DNA of 64,000 nt from Takakia lepidozioides (lineage: Eukaryota; Plantae; Bryophyta), in the NCBI GenBank assembly GCA_030704615.1, contig CM060731.1:80290001-80354000 (forward strand), given 5' to 3'. The position numbers and the translations under genes were made by a program. Shown one piece after another: positions 49,108 through 63,455 of this stretch; the stretch's first letter is position 1; every line of letters begins with the position of its first letter. The notes under the pieces are model-generated. The model did not search any database, was not told where the DNA came from, and saw nothing but the letters and a program-made list of their open reading frames with translations.

Positions 49108-51087
49108 ATTTTGTGTTAAAACTTGGGAAGGCCTGCGTAATAATACTTAATTAGGTTTTGAACCCGACAGTCCATCCACAGCCCTTTTCTATGCTATTAC
49201 TTCACAGATTAGCAAATCTACAACAAGATTTACATATGGAAGTAGATCAACTTTGAGATCTTCTCAGGAACCTCAATACTTGGATTGAACATAGTTCCTC
49301 GGAACGACTTCAAACCTTTCTTTTTGAAGTCTTAGAGATGTTCGAGCGAGATGTTCTTCATCGGCTTTGTGTCGTCTTCAGTCCTATGCTAAGAAGGGAT
49401 CACGGGAATTCACTTGTTACACATATAAACGAAGACTTCGAAAGCGCCAAAGCCAACTGCATCCCTGTGCGATCTTAATGATTTGCGTCAAAGCATGACT
49501 AAATTTGTAACACTAATGTGCATGCAACTAATCTGCAGCCATATATCGACGAATACAGATTGAGATCCTCGCGAGTGAGAGAAGAAATGGGTCCCCATCA
49601 GCCCCAGATCATGTTGTGATGATAACAGTAACTCTGGGCTTGGTCGGACTGGGCATCCTACCGCCAGAAGAGCAAAGAGCAAGCAAGAATGTGAGTACAC
49701 CGTCACTTTGCAGTTGGAGAAGCGATTTGGGCAATATGCTTGGATGCCTTAGAGCTGGATCAGTTTCAAACCGTTTCATTGGAGAAGCGAATTGGGCAAA
49801 ATCTGCTTGGCTACTTCAGAGCTGGATCGATTTCATCTCTTCCAATTGTGCAGCTCTGTCACAACGATCCATGTTTCAGTTTTCAGTTTACTTAGCGAAG
49901 TGCCAGGGAATCTCTTACTTCGACCATTGTGAGGCATTAACGCCTTCTGGGAACGGATCTCATCTCAAGTAAATTGATACAGCACAACATGTGAAGATAC
50001 TCTAAAATGTGCGATTGATTCATAGCTATTGTTCCTGGACTCTATCTCCTCTCATGCTAACTTAGACTCTGTGCAGGTAGAGGAAGGGACATACTGTAAT
50101 TTGTCACGAATACAGTTGGAAACTCAATTACATCCTCTGTCCTCGTTTTGATGCTGAACTGGGCTTCAGCGTAGAGAGGGGAAATTCTGTACGTGGGTAA
50201 ATGTGCAGTCACTGAGCCAAAACTAGGAGAGAGTGAGAGGAGTAGTGTGTGTGGGCTGAATAGCTCAGGGAAGGATTCCAGATTGCTGGAACAAAGAAGC
50301 AGAGATCGAGCAATTGGAGAGACAGAGACTGTTTGCTGCGGGATGACTGGGGCCGTAGTGGTAGATACTCCACTTAGGGTCCTGCACCCTTCACCACAAT
50401 GGAATGGACAGTTGCCCGTCCAATCCTCCCCTGCCATCCCCCACTTCCTTGTGAACGAGCCTTTCTAGATTTGAAAAGGTGAATGGAGAATCTGAACAGT
50501 AGATTTGGAGGGGTTGCACAATATGAAAAGGTAGAAAGAGAAAATGGACAGGATAGGTTAGTTTCGACAAGCCATCCCACCAATGAGTGTTCAACATTGG
50601 CATTTGCAGTAAGGGATACCACCAAGCTTGGAAGTAGACTCCAATTGCACTGCCATGATCCCCCCTATGAAAGCTAATGCTATGTAAACCTTGGTTGGAA
50701 ACAAAGTAGTCAGTCTAGCAAACTTCCACAGAGAATAGTTTGCACAATTTCCATGGGAGACAGGATTCCATGTTGTCTCTTGGAGATTTACTTTGCAATT
50801 ATGGATCGATTTTGGCCAAGTGATGCGAGTGATCACTTCTGCCCATACTCTTGTGGACAAAAAGTCAGCTGCCAGAGATATTATAAGTACAATTCTGAGC
50901 TGATAAAAGCTTCAATTCATCGTATCATCAATGAGAGCTCTCAATGACTACGATCCACAGGCCAATAGCATGGGTCCACTGATGAAAATGCATGACATGC
51001 TCCGGGTCTCCCACATGCAATTTAGAGGGTAAGTGCGTACGATTTCAAACCAAAAAAGTAATCATTTCCAAAGCTTGGAAAAATGAT

Positions 51088-54000
51088 TTATGTGAACTGT
51101 CTTAAGAACTCCATAGCCACCAGTCGGCCCCGAGTGTTAACAGACAGCTTGAGTTCGCTGATTTCCTTATCAATATCCTGCACAAAAGGCACACGAAAAT
51201 TCAAGCAGCGGTACCAGCAATCCCTGCTGCCCAGATATTCCATGGAGACCCTGACACTTCTGAAGGTTCCGGTAAGAACAATCAAGACGTATGAGTGGGA
51301 GATGAGCTAAAGAGCTTACTTGAGAGAAACCACTCCATGGTCAGTCCAGAAGCTATGATAATCTCAACATCATGCACCCACAGCAAAGAATACGAGAATT
51401 CCAAATCTTTCAGTTGCCATCCAGATGTAGTGGTTTGGTGTGCACCTCCATGAAGGTAACAACAAAGTCAATGAGCTTGTGCTTGAACATCTCCTCACAG
51501 TGGTAATTCGTTATCAAAAAGCTAATATCATAACCCTGCATCGCGAAGGATCAAATGGAAGATTAGCCCACAGAAAGAAAGGAAGTCAATTCCTCGAACA
51601 AAGTGCTTCAAACACTTCCAATCAGCTAGTTCCATGCAGATTTCTTGCAGAAGCTTACAATGCTCGTCGAGTGGTTATGATACTGTGCCCACACACTGTA
51701 AATAATTTTGGGTTCATTAATAGCAGGATACAGTATATTGTCAACCCAGCCCCAGGAAGGGGGCCTTTGCCAGTGGCCATTAAAAACCGACATCTTCCCA
51801 TACACATTCAGATGCAAGATGCAATTCCCTTAGTACTCAAAAACAATAGCACTTCTTGGCACTACTTTAGAATGCTTGAACTGCTTAGAGCTTAAACATT
51901 GAGATCCCACTGACAGTGTAGCAGAACAAATACCTGGACAGGCTTGCGCCGAAGCACCTGGAACGACTCCGCCCGCATTGACAAGAACCGCAGAAACTTT
52001 TTAGCCAATATGTTCTCCAGCTCATCTGCCTGCTTCACCTGGAACCCTCCCTCGCAGTTTATGGGCTATCTCAATATTCGAATTCTCTCTTTTTCTCATG
52101 GTAAGTCCTTCCTCGAAGCCAGGTCTCAGCATTGTGAGTTGTTAGACGTCCAAACTATTTGAGGTATATGTCCAGACATTCTCCAACAGCTCCGCCACTT
52201 CAAAAACTTTTACAAGAAAAATTGGATCTATTTGACCTCATGCATGGAAACAAACCTTAATGCTGATGCGGACAGAGTTGATTGACGCCTCTATCAAGCA
52301 TTTTTCTGCCTCATTCCTGCATATCAGAACCTGTGCACCTCTGTGAACAACTTAGTTAGAGTATTTCAGGAGGCTTCTATCATGTGAACAACTACGGTCA
52401 CCCTTCTGCATTGTAATGATGATCCCAAAGTCGTCATCATACCATGACTCAGACACAAGTTTGTGCAAAAAAAGGAACCGGGTTAAACCTGAGGAGATAG
52501 AGATTATAACGTGTAAGAAAGAACCAACCGGATTCAGCAAAAGCTCCGGGCTCGTCCTGCATACAGTTAACAGATGAGGTGTCACTGGTTGGAGGGGGTG
52601 GTTGTAGAGAGAGAGAGAGCCCCCTTATAGAAAGACCAAAGATGTAAACCACCCTGGACAGACAGTTAACTTTATCATACCTCACTACAAGTTAAACTAT
52701 TTAGAATCAGCTGGATTGACAAGCAACCAGAGGGGTAAAACCCTGCAGGCTGAAAAGACCTGGAGCAGAACTGCTGTAACAGCAGAGAATGTGGTCTGTT
52801 GACATGGGATATTACTGCAATGGGCTGTCATCAATGATGGCCATTGCAAGTTTAAAAATTGATTTCATTGGTCCACAAGCAAAAGTGAAATTCAACACTG
52901 GTTGCTGAATGAATCTGATCTTGCTGATCATGTGAACCACTGTACCTAGGTCACTGACCTCCAGCATAGGCTGGCCATGATTGACTAAGATATCAACAAG
53001 GAATTTCTTTCACCAAAAACAAAATGACAAACAAGGAAGAAAGGTTGAATGATACCAAAGGGGAAGAAAGACAAATGCAGGTATTCAAAAGCAGTGTAAC
53101 TACAGCTAGACTATGGTGGGCATAAAGGAGACACTTAGTTAGCCACCTTTGTAGCCTGAATACAGCTCACATTTATCATCAATGTTGGCACCCTTCCTTG
53201 AGAGCGACTTACTTGAATGCGACTTCAGGCTTATTGTGTCTTTCCACTTCCTGGCATGGAAAATTCTGTACCCAACACATTGGAACAGAAAATAAACTCC
53301 TTAGCCAACAACTTTCAAACAAAGGTCCAGAGAAGAAACACGAGAAAACAATTTGCATTTTTCCATGCAGTACACACTATTTAACCATGTGACCACCCAA
53401 ATGAGCAGGATAACATAGACTTTGCGTTCCTGAGGACAATTATGTATTTGTGAATCATTATTCCCAGCAAGAGTGAAGTGAAATCGAGGATGAACAATTG
53501 CAGATGTTGAATCTGTTGGTAATGTCATAAAATTGACACTCACGAAACATATTTCAGCAAATAGCACAAGATGGTTTATACCTGAAGGCACATGGCCGCT
53601 GTAAGAGTGTTTCGAATGCATGTCAAGTACGGTCGTAAAGTGTTGGCCTGCCAATCAATCCACTTGTGGGGGTTAGTTTGGGTAAAAACAAGGACACTGT
53701 TGCACTTGAAATTGTCATTTACATGTACTAAAAGTTCATGTGTACATCTTCAGTACTAATCCGAGGTAGTGCTGTGGTCAATTGGAGGGTAAGGCGAATT
53801 AGGGCTTACAATAGGGTTTATGCACACACTCCTTAACCGGTGCATCTGTGTTGCAAACTATTCGACAATATTCACAAACCAAAGCACAAGATTCTGTAGC
53901 TGATATCTTACAAGAACATCAAAATCTTCATCTCCAGGGGACACCCCGCACAATTACTGAGAGGATCTCAAAATATCAATTTGAGAGCCTAGTAAACTCT

Positions 54001-54445
54001 GAGCTCACATCTGAACTGAATACTGTATACCAATTGTTCAGAAACCACGGACAACTGTTTGAAAATTAGATCATTAGACTCCCAAGTAACGCCAGCATCA
54101 CACAATCCATCAAGTGCGGCCCATCCTAATTAGGGGTTAAGGGGAAACAATCGCTCCTAATCATGTCGCCAAAAATCTAGCGGTATCCTTAAGCTGAGAT
54201 ATTCTAACAGATTACACGCATATTCTTATCAATCGGGAGTTCTGAGAGAGAATGTACTCAGATTAGGTCCCGCACACATTCCAAGAGAAAGCACAAAATA
54301 TGTCGAAATGTGAATGTGGACAACTTGTCAAACAAAAACTCCCAAACCATCACTGCACCTTCTTTGCGTAGTCGGGCATTGTAGATCATACTAACTTGCT
54401 CCGTGACAACCAGTTTCCAATTGCACAACTGAGACTGCTTACCAT
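51088..54445 (-). CDS. ARPC4: Actin-related protein 2/3 complex subunit 4
   Basis: ATG-only first coding exon (54443-54445) plus 7 GT-AG exons. They give [38 protein letters not shown]...[23 protein letters not shown]...[47 protein letters not shown]...[29 protein letters not shown]. Confidence 0.97.
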
Positions 54446-55759
54446 GCTTTTGGTTAGAGGAGATCGTGGGCAGATCCTATCCGTCAGGCCCCTCGTGGAG
54501 GCTCCATCGTCTTCTCCAGCAAAGCAACAAGAGATGGGAAGGTGCAAGGCATAAAGAGACAAAAAGAGGCAACAAGTGGTCGCCTCAAATACGAAGCCGA
54601 TATCTTACACAAGCTCTGAGGATGGAGAAGAGAGCAGAATCTCCAGCTCAATCTCGCCACAAACTGACTGCTTGTTCAAAATTTCTTGTCCCCACTGAGT
54701 CGAACTCCGCAGTCTGCAGTGGGACGATACTAGTGAAAGAAAAGAGACGACCGCACCTCTAGGGCGACCTGCGTAGATGAATGAAAATCATTTATCTCAA
54801 GCCTTTGGATGACATCTCCAGGGTGCCTTTCCATCTATTTGACATCACCGGAACGTGTACGTCATTCCACCTGCTACAGCAGGTCGCCTGAGCCACTTCG
54901 CGTGCTAGCCGGTAGTGGGGGTAATTGGAAACCGGTCACCCGCTATTTTCTGGAGGGTCGCCCTTGACTCCAAATAGGGGATTCAGGGTTGGCCTTATCT
55001 AAAGCTCCTCCGATTATACCGAATCACAAAGTACCGCGTGGCACAAACGCTGCACGTGGCATTCTTCTGCTCCGCCTTCGTGGCTGCACCTTATTGCTGT
55101 ATCCCGGTTCTCGTAAATTACAGCAACAACGGATATTGTACGAGGATTCGAGGAATTTATGTAATAGAAAAGAAAAGTACGAATTATTATTATTATTAGT
55201 AGTATTATTGACCACGAATGCCTGCGTGTCTCCTCTGGACAGGCCTGCGCGCAGTTCTCTCCCTGAAAATCGCTCTGGACTCTGGAGACAGAAGAGACTG
55301 TTGTGTGCGAATTCAAGTCTACTGAGCTCGAGGACGTTGTGGAGGTGGAAGATTAGGTTCCAAATAGGTGAAGGAGATCAAACTAGCCTACTTCCCTGGA
55401 TCTCTTGGTCATACTCCGATCTCTGGTAACACCAGTTCGGAGATTTGGATGCGTGTGTCTAGTTCCGTTTAGGTCGTGGAGCTGGGAGAACATTTGGATT
55501 TATCTGACAAATTTGAGTGCCGGCGATGCCATCAGAATTCTGGAAAAGTTGGTGATTTACTGTAGTGTGAGGAAACACATTACCACTGCTGCCACTGTAG
55601 TTCTAGCTCACAATCACGAACACTCCTGTGCGCTCAACAACAAATACGACGTTTGTGCAGTATAGAGGGACCTGTATGATCTAATCCCTCTGAAAGAAGT
55701 TCTCCTTTTATAAGTTAGTAAAGAAAGGAGGGCTTTCAAGCATTCAGGTGGAAACAAAA
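54446..55759. promoter_or_regulatory. Divergent promoter and 5' UTR region shared by ARPC4 and the GDT1-like gene
   Basis: Head-to-head start codons ~1.3 kb apart. CACGTGGC at 55053 with CGCGTGGC just upstream. Confidence 0.5.
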
Positions 55760-58700
55760 ATGCAGTGGATATGCGTGGCCATGGCGGGGTCTAAGGGCAT
55801 ATCGAATGCTGCAATTACATTGCCATCGTTTTCAGGCGCAGCTTCATGTTGCTGTACAGTTGTAAATGCCACGATTTTCAGGTTGCCACGGAGATTGGAA
55901 TCTTCATTTTTGCACCTCAGAAAACCACATTGCCTTGGTGAGTGTTCGTCGTTTTCGGTTCAATTATATTTGCTGGACCTGCTAATGTAGAAATCAGCAA
56001 GTCATTGGTCATGTGCAAGTATTGCGTGAGGCGGAGGAGGCTGTAGTGGTGAGTTAGGTAACGATTGGCTAGGAGGTGGTCCAACTCCTCTGTTGAAACT
56101 CACGCCAGAGATCAAGTGGTCCTCTCATACCCATCCAGATGTGGGAGCAAACCTCATCCTTATCACCTTCTCCTTTACTTGTACATTCTGACTTGGTGAA
56201 GAGCTTCTCCTACATTCTTACCGTCAATCATTATTACTGTGGCGACGCCAGTTTCACCTGTCCGAAAGCACCATCTTCTTGCCCCTTCCTACTGTCATGG
56301 CCATCTTTTGCTCTGCCTTAGGGGTGTGACTCCTCCTTACGTTCCAAAGAGAGTTGCTTCCGTATCTAATGATACCTGAAGACGGGAGCTGGACACTGCA
56401 GCCCTTATATGCCTACTTTCATTTGCTCGGTGAGATTGTTTGACGAAAGGTTTATACATTCCCTGAAGCTGAAAGTTACCTGTCTCGTCTGCAGATTATT
56501 GGTACAGCCTGATGATGGTGGCCTGTTTGGTTTGGCAGTAGGCCATGCTAGCCCAAGTGGCCAGAATCTTCAACCTCAAAGATGGAGAGCGGATGCATCA
56601 TCAAGTACCGGGTTTGGAGGAGACCAGTATGGAGTGGAAGGAGGCACCAGCCGCTTGCCAGAGTTAGAAACTGAAGAAGCCACAGATAACCAGCTTGCTG
56701 AGACGTGAGTGAATTTATGGTGAACCTCTGATAGTGAGCTCTTTAATTCTCCTATCCATTTCTCCAGTGAGGAGAGAATTTTCTGCCAGTATGGCCTAAT
56801 TGTCAAGATGGTCAATGTCACTTTGTGTTGCTGGGATCCGTATTGAATGGAACTGAGCACTATGTTCCATTTTGTTAAAGTTTGTCTCATGTGTCAGCTC
56901 AATGGTGCATCCATCTGCCAAATTCCCAAGAGTAAAGAGCGTCACCAAGTTCTTGAGTCCGGTGTTCGTGTCAATGTGTATGTTGTCTCAGGCCAGCCGA
57001 GAAAAGAAAGGCAAGCTTGCAGGCAGTTGCAGCTGTCGCAGCATTAGTAGGCATTGGAACATTGGGAGGGGTTGCTGTGACATTGGCTATTGGGGGACGG
57101 GCTGCCTTGGTGGAAGCCATCACAAAATCGGGGTTCAGTGCTGCGTTTGCTCTCATCTTTGTGTCCGAGATCGGGGACAAGGTCAGTAAGTCCTTGGCCA
57201 ATTTGTTATGAGACATAGCCACACAGACGGAAGTAATACAATGTTAAGAAACATTTCTTGAGTTAGTTTTTAACAGGAGACCCTGGTTGCACCGCTGAAA
57301 TTATGTGTGCAAAGGCAGGTTTTGATGGGGTTCAGCTAGTTTATTTCATGGATGTGTGGTTGGAAATGATTTTGGGCTCATTATGCCATGTAATCTGAAA
57401 TTGTTTTTAGTTTTATTGCTCTATTTACTTCATCATCAAACATAGTGGCTTTTTTGCACCAAGTTTCTGATGTGCATGCAGGGGATGTGCAGACTTTCTT
57501 CATTGCAGCACTACTAGCTATGCGGCATTCCAGAGTGTTGGTATATTTCTCCTGACTCTCTCTTTATGTGCAATTGGTTTTTTGACTCATGCCGTGCTCT
57601 TTTATATATTTTTGGATTTTTGCTTTGGAAATTTCATTGGTCACTGACAAGCAGCTACATCAAACCTTGCAAATTCAGGGTCCTGCCCACAGAAGCACAG
57701 CACTGTTAGTTGAGCTTGAACACTTTTACTTCCATTGTGGACAAGCTTGAGCTGAAACTGCAACTGGTATACTTCAAACAGTCACTATCGCTACTATTTG
57801 CAGTAGTAGGGTTTAAAGCAAGGTCCTACTATCAAAACAGTGGCATGAGCAAGATGTCTTTTTTTGAAGTAAGTCTCTGTTACCTCTTAAGAAGTGCCCT
57901 TATGATCTGTCAATGACAACCAACAAACTACAGGGGACAAGAATCCACAATCAGTCATAGGGATACAATCAGATTTGTCTCTAGCCAACAAGAAATATTG
58001 GCTGGCATTGATAGAGAAGAAAACAACTTGAAAGTGAGAGGTAGTGTTGGTGCAAAACCAATGTTTTTTAGAATCTCAGGTAAGGCACGGGTGTTCTGTT
58101 GCGGCAATCGCCTGAAGGGTGCAGGTCCTTCTAGGGGCATCAGGTGCCCTTGCTCTTATGACTGTTATCTCCGTCGTCATTGGACAGCTTTTCCAGAGCA
58201 TGCCAGCTCAGCTTCATACAAGTAAGGGTTTTGCCCCTTCAATCTCCTCAACTCATTGCATCTTCATGCTGCAACACCTCAAGAGTAGGGATCTATATTT
58301 GATCCAATTATGAGGCCCTAGGTGTTGGCCCTATCAACTTTGACTCACCAGCTCTGAGGAACTAGGGATAAACACACCTTAGAGCCATATTCTCTCGCTC
58401 ACACTCTAATCTACCTTCTGGTCCCCATATGTGCAGCTCTACCTGTTGGGGAATATGCAGCTGTCACCCTGCTGATATGGTTTGGATTACGTTCGATCAA
58501 GGCTGCCTGGGATATGCCATCTGAGGTGGCTGGGAGTCAAGAAGAGCCCTCTGAATGTGGCGAATTTGCTGAGGCTGAAGAGTTTGTGAAGAACGCAGAG
58601 GTGTCTATCAATCGAGCCATGTCTCCCTCAATTTACTTTCTTCTTGCTCCAGGCTGATATCATGAATATCATGAAAACTAAGCTGAATGTTGGTTTCTGA

Positions 58701-60110
58701 AGCACGAGGTACTTGTTGACATGGAAGATTTGAATGAATATGTTGTATGGGTTTTGCAGGCTGAGAAGAAAGTGAGCACGCCACTGCAAGTATTGACAGA
58801 GGCATTCAGCCTTGTCTTTGTAGCGGTGAGTTCCCCTTTCAAAAGTGGTATGAATTAGGTACATACATTATGAGAACAAAATACAGTGAGAATTTGCCAC
58901 TGATATGAAATGTATGCAACTACGGGTCATCTTCATTCATATTCAAGGGACATGATGTTTGCTGGCTCACCTTGCAGGAATGGGGGGATCGATCGATGCT
59001 TGCTACAGTTGCTCTTGGAGCTGCGCAGGTAAACTTGTTTGATTTCATCCTGAAGAAGCCTAGGGGTGAGATGAATATATTTTATCTTTTGGGGAAAGAA
59101 CTTGAATGACTGGGACGAGGTGAGGAGAGTTTAACATCTCGACCTTAACGTCACCTGTATAGGTGGTCGTGCTTTGCAGTTGACCATGTTGTTGTTCGGG
59201 GCTGAGGGAGGGTAATAGATGAGGAGAGCAGGAAGAAGATGTTATCCTGCTATATGAATAACTAATCATTTGCCGCTGGTTAATCTGTTGGGCAGTCCCC
59301 ATGGGGTGTTGCTACCGGGGCCATTGCTGGACATGTTATCGCCACAGGATTGGCTGTCCTTGGGGGTGCATTCCTTGCTCAATACATCTCTGAGAAAGTG
59401 GTGAGTTTCTGAATCTTTTCATGTATGTTATGTCCCTCCCACTCCTTGTTGCAGCCACTGAACCTGATCCACATCAAATCAGTTCAATCATCTTCGCCAG
59501 ATTAGACTAGTTGTGTTTGTCAATCTGCTCCATCAAAATTGTCACTGTAATTGATATAGGTAGCTCTCGTGGTCAAGTCTCCTTTGATTACAAATGCCCA
59601 CGCAACTAGAGAAATAACCATCGCACATAGAGTGTAGGATTTTCCAAATTGTAATATAACACAACCAGAGGGGAACTGAAAAAATATATTCTGAGGAGCT
59701 GACCCCTCTAGCTCATGGACATGTTCTATCATTACAAAATAGTTTGTGCTGTTCATACCTTCTCAAGGGGTATACCCTGTGCAGTTGAGACACTCTGTTG
59801 TAATGGACTCCCAAGAACTCCAGTCATCCACGCAGAAATGGAGTCCATTTCCTAAAAGATGCTGGAATTGCTTCCCTCATCTTGAGCACAAGGTGCACAT
59901 GTATGCACCATGGCTCACGTTGCACTTATTTGGACCTGTGGTTGTTCTAATCTTAGGGTTTCTCAAGCGGTTCAAGGTTTGTTCGTTGTTTCTTGAAAGA
60001 AGATCATTGCACTGATTGTTCCTTATGTTTTCCTCTTGTGTCAGGTTGGGTACATTGGAGGGCTATTGTTCCTTTTATTTGCTGCCGCCACTTTGTTGGG
60101 AGTGTTCTAG
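55760..60110 (+). CDS. GDT1/UPF0016-family chloroplast Mn2+/Ca2+ transporter (CMT1/PAM71-HL type)
   Basis: Both signature motifs are present across introns (SEIGDK|TFFIAALLAM and VA|EWGDRSMLAT). Exons include 56495-56704, 56992-57181, 57493-57540, 58125-58221, 58437-58600, 58760-58825, 58978-59028, 59296-59400 and 60045-60110. The transit-peptide exons from 55760 are less certain. Confidence 0.93.
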
Positions 60111-62581
60111 TCCTCCCAGCCCTTCCATTGGATGTTCTTGGCTGCCTTGTGCGCAATATTGTCACATTACTCCAGAGTTACGCAAAGTAGGATTGATACA
60201 ACAGAGGGCTTTCAAAATGTCCTTGTTGTCCACACCGAGGTTGTCTTGTAATCCATTCTTATTTATCCAAGAAAATAAGATTTGTTTCTAGTACTTGGAT
60301 CTCTTATTTCTCCCTCCCTCCCCAAGCCTACTAGCCCAGGATGAAGTGCCACAGCACGTTGTAGGCCTGGAATCACCAAGGTGAGGCGCGGCTGACTGGA
60401 GTGGTCAATATATCATCATCACAGGTTTTGGTAATCATGTCTCACATGCTTCCTTACCACATAATTGTGTTGTTTAGAAATTTGAAGTTGTTATGGAGAA
60501 GGTCAATGTTGTGTGTATGTACACCATCATGAACATCTGTTTGAATACAGCCAAGTCTCTTTTAAATATGTACCTGTTGATTATCTAAGATTCTTAGGGC
60601 CTGTTCAGGTAAGGAGAATGCAGCTATGCTAACCTAGCTGTCTTCGTTCAAGGGTTCACACTTAAGTGTAAATATGTTAAATTGTGTCCAAGATATGTTA
60701 GTTAGCTGCAAGATGCATCAAAGTAAGACAATTATCATTTTTCACTTAACCCTAGCTATATCATTCAGCATGTGTCATCTTTGAACCATATGACCTGTAC
60801 CGTCTCTTTTGCCCCTGTCTCTTACCTCCTTGCTGCCCCATCTTTCACAGGTTCTCACCGAGTGATTTCTCTCTTGTTCTTGCCAACTTTATATCAAGGT
60901 TGCTCTCTCACTTTGATAATGGCTCTTGTGCTACTCTCCATTTTCTCTATTCATGTGTCGAATTTGACTTTCACATGACAACAATAATACAGACCTCTCA
61001 GTAGACAACTTGCCTCTCTCATTGGTGGGTGTTTCTCTCTCGTTCTGTTGGTGGGTACTTGTCTCTCACTTTATCATTGTTCCTTGAGGTTCTATATGAC
61101 GAGTTGAGCTCACTGTCAGTCCACTATCTTGAAAAGCAGCTATTGACCTCACCATTGCTTTAGGTCTCTCTTCAGTATTTATTCGTATTTGGATCATTAT
61201 TCATTTGTTGACAATTGAAGCTATGCAAGCTAAGCAACATGAAGTTCTTCAGATGAAGTAGAACCCATAGTGAATCAATTGACAAGGATGCATACCAATG
61301 TTCTGGTTTCGTTGTTTGAAGAGTTGGCATGGTGGGTGAGGGCTCAATCACTAGCATGGTTTTCCCAATTTGTGATGCATTAGTTTGATGATGGACAATG
61401 GATCTAAGCTCCGAGCATTGCAAGTTTTTCCTTGTTGAGCAAAATGAGGAGACAACTCATCATGCAACTCACTGCTACCCGAACGCGCAATGACGCATGA
61501 GGAGGGGTTGGGGCATGGGAGTCTTTTCCTGATTAGCTGCCAGTCCCTGAATTGCTCCAGCAGGCAAAGTCTATTACTAGTTTGAAGGCTTTCTGAAAGA
61601 CTTCTATAACTTTTGGCAGTACCGAATTAGTGAGTAAAACTTCTGTGGGCTACAGGAAGCACTATGTGATTTGCTGGGGCAAGGAGGGCAGCTGGTGCTG
61701 GAGGCTTCTGTTTGTCATGATGCCTCCCAGCATTCCCCTCTCCCTACTGAGATTCTCTCTAATTCCTAGAGTCTTTGCATTGTCCGGAGGTCATCCCTAA
61801 AGTAGCCCAAGAGTTACCTTATTGGAGTATCTGCATCATTGGGCGTCCAAGATTTCATGTTTTAGCTTGAGCTGATGATGGAGTAGTGTAGATGAGGAAA
61901 AGGCAAAACTCCAAAGAAAGCACCTGAGAATATTTGTTGCATTGCCAAGAAAGCCTATCCTTTTGCCAACAAGGAAACTAGCCGCGGTCAAGAATGCTGC
62001 CCCAACTAAGCAGGCGACAGAAGGCAGCCGACTTCCAAGAGCACTAAGGCCTCCGCTGCTGCCAAGAGAAAGGCTGCAACAAAAGCTGGAGGGGCCGCGA
62101 GCAGCCAGGAAAGCAAAGAAGTGAAGGTCCTATTCTATCTGACATGTGTTTCTGGACACTAGTACCACTCATCCCCTAGGAAACATCATGTCTATGGGTG
62201 TAATCACTTTGACACTGTTTGATGCCTTCACTACTTTGGCATAACTGAGTAGAACCCCTGTAACTGTTTGGCTGCCCTTGGCAGAGTTGTTTAAGGAGTA
62301 AAGTGTTCAACTTTTCCCAACAAGAAGTTTTCTGAGGTGGTGATTCTGTTTTGTGAATGGATTTTGATGAAAGTGGACTCTCATGTATGCACAGAGAGGA
62401 AGTTATAATGCCTGGCGATGTAGTAGCTTACATTGATTAAGTGATGAAAAAACAAGTGGGTATTGCAGCAGCATCCTAGCACATCGTACCTAGGTAAGAT
62501 TTAGCTGCTTAGATAGTCCAAGTGGTTACAATTGCCACCTGCATAGTTATAGCTTAGAGAGTATGAACTCCACATTACAAA

Positions 62582-63328
62582 GAGCCTGGATCATTCCCCT
62601 GGGTGTGCAAGAAGTTTTCAGAAACATTCACATGGTTTGACTTAGTCTAACTGATGAAGCCAGCATGAGGATATGACCTGTACAGGCTGAAATCTGTGAA
62701 TTTCTTCCCGAGTGTCATAGATGGAGATCTACAAGGAAGAAAATTACTGGCTCCGTATAATCTACAAGTCCCTGCTGAAAATCTTGAGGTATGCCAACAG
62801 ATTCCTTCTGACAATGTTTCAAGATAGCCTGTCAGTTTCTGAGTTCCAAGGGATTTTGACCTGGAAAAAGACTAACCTGTAATAATCGGCATGTGGAAGT
62901 TCGGGAAGATCTAGGCTGAAGTCAAGTGCTGACATGATGTCTGTGGTTCTCTGCAGCATGGAATTTTTGTGGCAGGTCTGAGAGGAAATAGTAGCCACGC
63001 CTGAGCAGGTTCTGGAGCTGATGGAGTTTGGTGAAAGTAACATATGTTCGATTGGTCTGTTTTAATGGACAAACATTACAAGAGAAAGCATGGAATTGTT
63101 CCAACCATTTATGTGTTGGACATGAAGCAAGGATACGATGTTCAAGGACACGACGCCCTTAGTGCTGCCTGAAGGATCTAGATGGCTCTATGCATGTGAG
63201 GTCCTTGTTGTCAATAACCCCTTCCACAACATGTTTTTGAAATGTTAATGGAGAGAATATGCAGGTTCATGTTGATGAGATCGAAGGCACACTATAACTC
63301 ATGGGCAGAGCGAACCATCTCACGAATT
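62582..63328 (+). pseudogene. Unprocessed kinesin-7 (CENP-E-like) motor-domain pseudogene fragment
   Basis: Frameshifted exon remnants with GT-AG boundaries retained: EPG/IIPLGVQEVFRNI | EFL/RVS*MEIY.EE/LLAP.NLQV.ENLE | HGIFVAGLR/EIVATPEQVLELMEFGE. Confidence 0.8.
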
Positions 63329-63455
63329 GTGCCCAAGTCAATGAGGTAAAGCTTTGTTACTGATTCTAGATAGAGATGAAAAAGAAAGGAAAGAAAAAGA
63401 TACTTTAAAACGTCCACGGCAAGCACAAAGAGCTTATGGACATGAGTGCATTCAA

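Noticed and set aside
22732-60110. All five genes as one metabolic or metal-handling cluster
   Set aside because: The HAD hydrolase (mitochondrial), ARPC4 (cytoskeleton) and GDT1/CMT1 (chloroplast) are conserved housekeeping genes in different compartments.
61900-62124. Lys/Ala-rich histone-H1-like stretch
   Set aside because: Low-complexity and frameshifted, with no globular H1 domain nearby.
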